Both the position numbers and the translations under genes were made by a program. The notes under the pieces were generated by a model that did no database searches, was not told the origin of the DNA, and saw nothing but the letters and a program-made list of their open reading frames with translations. This document shows positions 17,124 through 23,965 of a stretch of 32,000 nt of DNA, piece by piece. How positions within the stretch are numbered: the first letter of the stretch is position 1; each line of letters opens with the position of its first letter. Source of the stretch: Horticoccus luteus (GTDB taxonomy: Bacteria > Verrucomicrobiota > Verrucomicrobiia > Opitutales > Opitutaceae); the NCBI RefSeq assembly GCF_019464535.1, contig NZ_CP080507.1, forward strand, positions 960,001 to 992,000, given 5' to 3'.

Positions 17124-17403
17124 GCGGGCAGAAATGGAGCATTTCCCACGCACCGCGGCAAGGGGATGACGCCTAGCGCAGCTGAAGCAGCGGGTTTTGT
17201 TGATTGCCTGGGTGGACCGCCGCTGTTGCAACGGTGCTCTGGGCGGAGCATCGGAGCGGCGGCGCTGCACTTTAGCGCGGCGGTGGCGCTCCGGGGTAGG
17301 TGAAGGTCATGCCCTCCGGATTGATGGGAACCACGACGCTTTGGCCTTGGCGGATGCGAGCGGCCCACGAGGGCTAATCGTAGTTTTTATACGGCAGAAA
17401 GCG

Positions 17404-18373
17404 TCAATGCGAGAGACACGCCACCAACGCCAGAACCGTCGCGCTGCGCGCCAACCTTCGGGTCCACGAAGCGTGGTCCCATTCCAAAATCAGCAACCAG
17501 AGGATCAGGACCTTGGGGACAAAAAAGTAGCGGTCGCCATTCATGGGGGAGTTGAAAACGGCGAGCATTCCGTGGAATCGAAAAATGCCAGCCGCAAAGA
17601 CGGCGCCGGCCGCGGACCACAGCATGAGGCGCACGCAGCGGCCGGGCTTTCTGGTATAACCGCTGACGAAAAGTCCGACGGTCGCGGCGAGGCCAATCGC
17701 TATGGCGGCGAAATTCGGGAACTGCTGGGCCAACCCAGACGGCGTCAACAGAAGCAACCAGCCGCGGAAGCCCCAAATACGCAGGATCTCCGAACCGCTA
17801 TCGAATGGCAGCTCGGTTGGAGGAGCCGCGGCGTGGCGAATGGTATAGAGTTGCACCGCGGCCGTGGCGACGACGACAGCAGCAACAGGAGCAGCACAAG
17901 TCCGAACGCGGACAGCCATTGCACATTGGTGAGGTTCTGAAACACCTCGCCGGTGTGCGGCGCAAGGACGAGGGCCAAGGCCAAGGCAGGGCGGAACGCT
18001 ATATCAAGGCGCGGCGAGAAGAGCGCGAGTGTTAACCCCCAAACGGTCGCCACGCTGCACCAAACATAGATGGCTGGTGCCCAGAGGGGGTCGAAAAACG
18101 ATGCGAGCGCAGCCACTAATCGCAGCCCGAAAAGATGATAGCCGGCGTAAGGCAAGAGCAACGAGTGCGCGCCGAGGACATCGGCCTGAACGAAAAAACC
18201 TGTCCATCTTCCGCCCAAAATTGGGGGTGTAAGAAGGCTTCTGGACGCCGCAAAACCAAGATGCCGAGCACGGCAACCAACGTGACGACAAGTTGCATCC
18301 GGCGTGAACCAGCTAGCTTTGAGCGAGCACTAACGATGAGAGGATCGCTGAACAGATATTTCGGAAACGACAT
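17404..18373 (-). pseudogene. Polytopic membrane-protein gene split across three reading frames (two 1-nt frame breaks)
   Basis: Track ORFs 18116..18397, 17745..18218 and 17404..17919 (all - strand, three different frames) each translate to TM-like sequence only on their mutually contiguous parts. Joined reading: ..PQFWAEDGQVF|FVQADVLGAHSLLLPYAGY...GLVLLLLLL|..VVATAAVQLYT... The first break is at the A6/T6 run 18193-18198. The second is near 17860-17900. Confidence 0.55.
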
Positions 18374-18540
18374 GCAAACCGGAGGCGTCGAACCCAATTT
18401 TTAGCAGCGCGCGGCGCGAACCAAAAACGTCTCGCCGCGGCAAAGAAATTGGAGTCGTCGCGAGCGACACAGCGGAAACTGGCGACGCGATGCGTTTCCC
18501 GTGGGGCGGGCGGTCCGCGCGCAGCAATCGAAAATCAGCA

Positions 18541-20202
18541 TCATGCTCCTAAAGCTTCATGCTTCCTGTCCAATTGACGCGCCACCTTGACCGCTGCGGC
18601 GAGTAGGAGAATGCCGATGCCCATGACGACGAATTCTCCTGGGTTGAGTTTGGCGGATCCGGTGTACGGCAGCCACGTGGCGCTGAAATATACAAAATGC
18701 CAACCCAGAACAATTGCGCTCAGCCAGAAAGGAATTTCCAGCAGAATGACCACGGCAAGAGTGCAGCCTACGAGCATCACGGCGTAAGACCCTTGGTGCA
18801 GAAGCGTGGACCCCGGTTCGAACATGAGCAGGATCCACAGCGCAAGGGTGAGAAGGGTCCAGCCCACCAGGGTCCACCGGAGCGAAAGATTGGGACGAGT
18901 GGTTCCATTGCGCGCCGACCGAGCCGCCGGCCACAGAAACCAAGCGAGGTTCAATAGGCCCATGGCGCGGAATAAATAGAAGAATTCGTGGATGCGGCGG
19001 GGTTTGATAGGGGTGGTGAAAATGTTGAATATTTCGGTGAACGAACCCCCGAAAAGAACTGCGAGATTATAGCGCTTGCCGGCGAGCCAAGTATCGAAGC
19101 TCAGGGCCGAATAAGCGGCCCGCAGCGTCTCGACCACTCCCCGATCGTCGATCGCGGTTACGCCGGCCAGATGCCACTTAAGCAGGTGGTTGCCTGGTGG
19201 ATCATAGAAACGTTGAAACAGGACCCACGGAATGACGAGCAACAGGCCAGTGATCGCTCCGGCCGGAATTCGCCTCCACCCGGGGCATAGCTTTGCGATC
19301 CAAAAGGGCGCGAGGGCGATAAGTGAAAAGGCGACTCCTCCATGGGCGAGCCACGCGAGGCCGGCACACGCTCCCGCGAGAATCATGACCCGCCGTTCGT
19401 GGTGCGGAGACCGTTCAAGGATGAGTAACGCGAATAAAACGACGTAGGCGGCGGCTAACAATTTCGGCCACACGTAGACGCTATTGAGCAAAAAGAATCC
19501 CACGCTGCCGACCACCAGGAGGGCAACGGTGCGCCGGGTGCGATTGAGGCCCAGCGCACGGGCGAGCAACCACGCAGCAGGCACCCACAGCAGTTGCGCC
19601 TGAGTGCCGAGGCATTCGTAGCCCAACTGCCGGGGCACGTGAAAAAGTTGCAGCCAAGGCAGGACCGACAGGTAGAGGCCTGCCTGCAGCGGAGGGCGAT
19701 CACTACTGAGCCAGTCCACGATAAATGGGCGGAGCGGCTCCTTGAAAAATAGCCGGTCGCCGAAGATTTGAGGAATGACCGAATCGATCGGCAGATCGTG
19801 CACGAACCGATACGCGGCCTGGTCAGCGTAAGCGTGACCAAGTTTTGGCAGATAAAGCACGCCGAGGTAAAACAGTCCCAGCCCAACGGCGATCAAAGCC
19901 GGGAGGCCCAGGCCGCCGAGTCTTACGTGTTCTCGACTTTTTCGCCCGAGGCGGACGACTGCGATCCAGGAAGTGAGCGGGACTGCGAAACTGAAAAGTT
20001 GGCCGAGAACCGGATGAACGAAAAACGCCCAGAAGGTGAGGTAGCCCACCAAACCGACGACGACGATTGGCACGACGATCAGAACGCGCTCATCGGCATC
20101 GCTCCGCGTGCGAAACCAAAAATGCGCGGCGACCGCCGGGGCTCCCACGATCGCCGCCGTCACGAGAAACGTGGCGAGAAGAAAGAGCGCGCCCGGATTC
20201 AT
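18541..20202 (-). CDS. Polytopic membrane protein (553 aa), GT-C-like glycosyltransferase candidate
   Basis: More than 10 hydrophobic segments. The loop ..FIVDWLSSDRPPLQAGLY.. resembles the D/E-x-PPL loop of PMT_2/ArnT-type enzymes (from memory, unverified). ATG 20202 overlaps the upstream stop (ATGA at 20199-20202). Confidence 0.78.
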   Translation of the reverse strand: MNPGALFLLATFLVTAAIVGAPAVAAHFWFRTRSDADERVLIVVPIVVVGLVGYLTFWAFFVHPVLGQLFSFAVPLTSWIAVVRLGRKSREHVRLGGLGLPALIAVGLGLFYLGVLYLPKLGHAYADQAAYRFVHDLPIDSVIPQIFGDRLFFKEPLRPFIVDWLSSDRPPLQAGLYLSVLPWLQLFHVPRQLGYECLGTQAQLLWVPAAWLLARALGLNRTRRTVALLVVGSVGFFLLNSVYVWPKLLAAAYVVLFALLILERSPHHERRVMILAGACAGLAWLAHGGVAFSLIALAPFWIAKLCPGWRRIPAGAITGLLLVIPWVLFQRFYDPPGNHLLKWHLAGVTAIDDRGVVETLRAAYSALSFDTWLAGKRYNLAVLFGGSFTEIFNIFTTPIKPRRIHEFFYLFRAMGLLNLAWFLWPAARSARNGTTRPNLSLRWTLVGWTLLTLALWILLMFEPGSTLLHQGSYAVMLVGCTLAVVILLEIPFWLSAIVLGWHFVYFSATWLPYTGSAKLNPGEFVVMGIGILLLAAAVKVARQLDRKHEALGA

Positions 20203-22100
20203 CCTCGACGAAACGCACCGCGCCTGCGGCCGTGCAGCCACTCGGGTGCTCCCGCTTGATCAGCGAGCGTGAAGCCTGCGCCGACCACCAAAAACAAGGC
20301 GCCGGCCCACAACAACACCGAGTGATATTTCAGCAATTTGGCGGCCGCCCAGGAAAGACGACCGACTTCGACGGGCCCTGAGAAGGCGAACCATCCGTGA
20401 GGATCCGCGTCGCTCGCTTCGAGCCACCACGATCCCGAAGGGCGAAAGACGTTGACCGTTTTCCAACGATTGCCCGGCGCGTGGTCCGGCACAACGGGAG
20501 TTTCACCGGAGGCGCTTTTTACGACCAGAAGCAGATGATGTCCAGGGGCGCCCAAGTTGCCGCTGATGCTGAAACGCAGCACCGGCAACGTGGTCGCGGG
20601 TTGCATCGCGCTTCGCCACGTAAACGTCCCGGAATGCAGCGGAAGCGCCCAAGTGCTGAAGGTCGGCTCGTGGGCGGCGGACTTCAGTGCTTCCGGCACA
20701 GCGTGCAGGGTCGGCGACACCGCCGTTCCAACATCGACGGGTCTGCGGACACTTGGAGGCAGGATGCGGCGAATTTCGGGAGAACTTAGTCGGTCGAGCA
20801 AGACATCGCCATCGGGATATGGAATCTCGCCCCACGGTTTCCCGAGCAGATGCGCGGAATCATTGGTCCTCACGTAGGCGCGCACGTTGGCAACTTGTGG
20901 TCGTTCGCGCGCGAGCTGTGGAAGCACGCCCATTCTCCAGTGAGCGAGAGTTTCGTGGGTCAGACCGGGCAGCACCAAGGCCGACCAGAAAACGAGGGCG
21001 GCGATGCGCCGGCCGCCGTCAAATTCGCGAACAAGAAGCAGGAAGCCAAGCGCGACATTGACGGCAAACAGGTCCAGATAGCGTGAAGAGAACGCGCTCT
21101 CGTCCGCTCCGCGGGCGTAGGCGGTCGCCGCGCATTGGAGGAAGACCCAGAGGAGCAGCGCCAGAATCACTGTATCCACAGTGCTCAATGAAGGTCGGCG
21201 GAAACAGCGAAGCACAAACAGCAGGCCGGGCGCCAGCAGCACAATCGCCCACGGCAGATATTCCTGCGCGGGCCAAACGAGGAGCCCGGCCAGACAGCGC
21301 GTAAACTCGGCGCAGCTCGTCGCCTTCAACGAGGCGTGCGCGGGCACGTCCGTTTTCATGAGCCATCCGGCAATGGAGAAGCCAAGAACCACGACGCAGG
21401 TGACTGCCTGCTGCGCCGTGCAGCGCCTCGCCCGCACTATGCGGAGCGTCGTCACCATCAAGATTGCGACACTCGACAGGAGGCCGGACGCCAACGTCAT
21501 CAGTGCGGCGAGTCCACAAAGTTGACCGAGCCACCAGCGCCACCCGAATCGCTCCGCGGCCAGCGTCAGCCAAATCTGGCCATACGAAAAAACGAGCAGG
21601 AGATAGAACGCGACTTGGAAGCCAGACAGGGAGTTTTCCCAAGAAAAAGGGAGCGTGTGCAACAGCGCCAGCAGCACGGCGATCGGTATGATCCAAGCCG
21701 AGCGCACGGCCTGGCGAGCGAGCAGGAGGAGGATGAGCGCAGCGAAGGTGTGGACCAGCGCGTTGCACGTCATCTCGAGGCGGGCATCCCACTGGCCGTT
21801 CGCGCGCAGCAGGCCGAGGGCGTAGAGTTTGCTGGTGACGATCCGATGTTCGTTGTGCGGGTGGAGGATGTCCTGCCAGGTCAGTTTGCCCTCAAGCGCG
21901 GGGCGGAAGAGAAATTCGCCTTCCGCATCCCACTGATCCCAAAAAGGCAGATCGCTGCCAGCGGTATCGATGAACCAAAGTTTCGCCCCAAAAATGATCA
22001 AGACGAAGGCCGCCAGCCACAGCCAGCGCGCAATGACTTTGGGCCTCCGCGTCGCGACGGCGTTCGAAGCGGTGCGACGCTCATCCGTGCGGCCACTCAT
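20199..22100 (-). CDS. Polytopic membrane protein (633 aa) with about 190-aa non-membrane C-terminal domain and terminal TM anchor; GT-C-like candidate
   Basis: ATG 22100. The first loop after TM1 is acidic (DLPFWDQWDAEGEFLF...HNEHRI). Many TM segments run to about residue 390. A beta-rich soluble region follows, then the final TM (VLLWAGALFLVVGAGF). Confidence 0.78.
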   Translation of the reverse strand: MSGRTDERRTASNAVATRRPKVIARWLWLAAFVLIIFGAKLWFIDTAGSDLPFWDQWDAEGEFLFRPALEGKLTWQDILHPHNEHRIVTSKLYALGLLRANGQWDARLEMTCNALVHTFAALILLLLARQAVRSAWIIPIAVLLALLHTLPFSWENSLSGFQVAFYLLLVFSYGQIWLTLAAERFGWRWWLGQLCGLAALMTLASGLLSSVAILMVTTLRIVRARRCTAQQAVTCVVVLGFSIAGWLMKTDVPAHASLKATSCAEFTRCLAGLLVWPAQEYLPWAIVLLAPGLLFVLRCFRRPSLSTVDTVILALLLWVFLQCAATAYARGADESAFSSRYLDLFAVNVALGFLLLVREFDGGRRIAALVFWSALVLPGLTHETLAHWRMGVLPQLARERPQVANVRAYVRTNDSAHLLGKPWGEIPYPDGDVLLDRLSSPEIRRILPPSVRRPVDVGTAVSPTLHAVPEALKSAAHEPTFSTWALPLHSGTFTWRSAMQPATTLPVLRFSISGNLGAPGHHLLLVVKSASGETPVVPDHAPGNRWKTVNVFRPSGSWWLEASDADPHGWFAFSGPVEVGRLSWAAAKLLKYHSVLLWAGALFLVVGAGFTLADQAGAPEWLHGRRRGAFRRG

Positions 22101-22122
22101 CGGAACTGGCGATCGACGGTCA

Positions 22123-22797
22123 TCAAGCCTTGCGACCGACGACGAGGAATTGTTTGCCGAAGAGACGCCAAAGGGCCGGGACGAGCAGGTAGAGGCGAAT
22201 TAGCGCGAGGGGATATTGCGGCGCGTTCACCATCGAATAGGGCAGGAAACGAGCCGTGCATTTCTCGACCACGTAGCCGTTGTTCTGCAAGGCCTCGGCC
22301 AGCGACATCTCGGTGAGGCACAGAAAATGGTCCCAGAAATCCCAGTAGGCGCCGCCGACATACTTTATGTTTGGCCCCAGCGCGATCAGGCGGCCGCCGG
22401 GCTTCAGGCAGCGGTGGGCTTCCAACAAGGTGTCGCGCAGCGCTTTTTTGTCGGGTAGATGCTCGAAAAAGTTGCTGGTGAAAACGACGTCGAGCGACGC
22501 ATCCGGCAACGCCCAGCGCGTGGAGCAGTCTTGCGCGATGAACTGCACGTCTGGTGCGAGAAATTCGGGCGAACGCGCATTCAAATCCATACCGAATTTT
22601 TTCGCGCAGCGGATGTGGTTGATGAATTCGCCATAGCCGCAGCCAAGGTCGAGCACGGCGTCGGTCGGGCGCACGAAGCGTTGAAAATAGGCGGCGGTGA
22701 GCAGCTGCCAAACGCTCCGGCGGTATCCGAGCATCGCCGTGAAGCGGTGTTCGTAGATGCGCTGCAACTCACCGGGATCTTTGATGCTCTCACTCAT
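22123..22797 (-). CDS. Class I SAM-dependent methyltransferase (224 aa)
   Basis: Motif I VLDLGCGYGEF, then ..DVVFTSNFFEHLPD.. and LKPGGRLI. ATG 22797 (MSESIKDPGELQRIYEHRF) is preferred over the track start 22842. Confidence 0.87.
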   Translation of the reverse strand: MSESIKDPGELQRIYEHRFTAMLGYRRSVWQLLTAAYFQRFVRPTDAVLDLGCGYGEFINHIRCAKKFGMDLNARSPEFLAPDVQFIAQDCSTRWALPDASLDVVFTSNFFEHLPDKKALRDTLLEAHRCLKPGGRLIALGPNIKYVGGAYWDFWDHFLCLTEMSLAEALQNNGYVVEKCTARFLPYSMVNAPQYPLALIRLYLLVPALWRLFGKQFLVVGRKA

Positions 22798-22951
22798 GAA
22801 GTTGGCGCCAGATTGCAAAGTCGGACCGGACGAGGGCAACACCCTCTTTTGTCACGTGGGAGAGCTCGGCGGCCGACGGATTGTTTTGGGCGTGTCGGCC
22901 AACGCACTTTCCAACGATGCGCGGTGTCTCGAAGACCAGCGCGCGGCGGCG

Positions 22952-23953
22952 CTAAACATCGGCGAAAGCAAAGAGGTGATAGCCGACGTTCAGGTTTTCG
23001 CGGGTTGTCGCTGGGGCAGTGCCGTAGTCGAACACTTCCACATGACGAAACGAGCGGAGGAGAAGATCGCGCAAAATAAAACGGGAGAAAAAGTTCCGGT
23101 GATCGCCTTCCAGCATGTGCCAAGGGGCCAGCATTCGCGGGGCCCAAAACGCAAGCAACTCCGCATTGGGCACGGAAAAGCAGGCTCGTCGACGCACGAC
23201 GCGCCGCACTTCCTGCACGAAGCGCACGGGGTCGGTGGTGTGCTCGAGGACTTCAATGGCGATGGCCGCGTCGAAACGACGGTCGCGAAACGGCAGTCGG
23301 TAACGAAATGGCCAGCGCGGGCGGCGGATGGCGCGATGGGGCAGGCCGCGGCGCGTGAGCTCGCGCAGGAGCGAGGGCGAGAGTTCGGCGCCCATCCACG
23401 TATGACCTTGCGCGGCCAATGCGGCCGCATATGCGCCCACACCGCATCCGACGTCGAGCACGTCCGAACCACGGGGAAGATAGTTCGCCAGGAGTTGCAC
23501 GCACTCCGGCGAGGGAGTTTCGGCCGGGGCGCCACTTGAATAAATGTGGACCCGATGATGCAAATCCACGCACGCCGGGTTGCAGAGATTGCCGTAGGCG
23601 CCGTCCTGATAATCCACCGCAGAAAGCGCGACTGAAACCGTGGTGAGCACGACAGGCGCGGACGCTCCAGCAAGACGGACGCGAATCTCCACATCCAGGC
23701 GTCGCCCAAGATGCTGAGTGCTCGCAACGCCGAAGAAACGGAATCCAGTGCGAGCGCCGTCGGGCAGATGCAGAGCCGCGTTGACGTCGGGTCGGGAGAA
23801 GAGCGCGTGCGTCTCGCCCAACATGTCCGCGCCGTGCCAGGCGCTGACGCTGACGATTTCCTCTGAACCGGACACCCAGCCGGCGAACGGGATCCGCTGG
23901 CGATATTCCGCTGTGGCCGCGAGCGGCTGATCGATGGCGCAGCGGAAATTCAT
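22952..23953 (-). CDS. SAM-dependent methyltransferase with about 115-aa N-terminal non-catalytic module
   Basis: C-terminal half: VLDVGCGVGAYAAALAAQG, ..AIAIEVLEHTTDP. N-terminal half: CAIDQP...AGWVSG...SRPDVNAAL...TGFRF, resembling residues 628-700 of the adjacent giant glycosyltransferase. ATG 23953 lies 12 nt after the upstream stop. Confidence 0.85.
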   Translation of the reverse strand: MNFRCAIDQPLAATAEYRQRIPFAGWVSGSEEIVSVSAWHGADMLGETHALFSRPDVNAALHLPDGARTGFRFFGVASTQHLGRRLDVEIRVRLAGASAPVVLTTVSVALSAVDYQDGAYGNLCNPACVDLHHRVHIYSSGAPAETPSPECVQLLANYLPRGSDVLDVGCGVGAYAAALAAQGHTWMGAELSPSLLRELTRRGLPHRAIRRPRWPFRYRLPFRDRRFDAAIAIEVLEHTTDPVRFVQEVRRVVRRRACFSVPNAELLAFWAPRMLAPWHMLEGDHRNFFSRFILRDLLLRSFRHVEVFDYGTAPATTRENLNVGYHLFAFADV

Positions 23954-23965
23954 GGCAAGCGAAGC

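Noticed and set aside
16188-17303. 371-aa + strand ORF opposite the epimerase gene
   Set aside because: The - strand encodes a clear extended-SDR with GxxGxxG and YxxxK motifs. The + strand product has no motifs and is a GC-shadow ORF.
17272-17373. Protein-like mini-frame ..[30 protein letters not shown] on the - strand
   Set aside because: It is only about 33 codons long, begins directly after a TAG with no start codon, and I cannot match it to any family. It is mentioned under the spacer finding only as possible gene debris.
17197-17940. 247-aa + strand ORF across the spacer and the broken membrane gene
   Set aside because: It is highly charged and Arg/Gly-rich with no motifs. The opposite strand carries coherent TM-like coding sequence.
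18193-18198. Programmed -1 ribosomal frameshift at the T6 tract of the broken membrane gene
   Set aside because: The zero-frame context (GTT TTT TCG) is not a canonical X XXY YYZ slippery heptamer. I saw no obvious downstream stimulatory structure. A second independent frame break occurs about 300 nt later, so pseudogenisation or indel error is more parsimonious.
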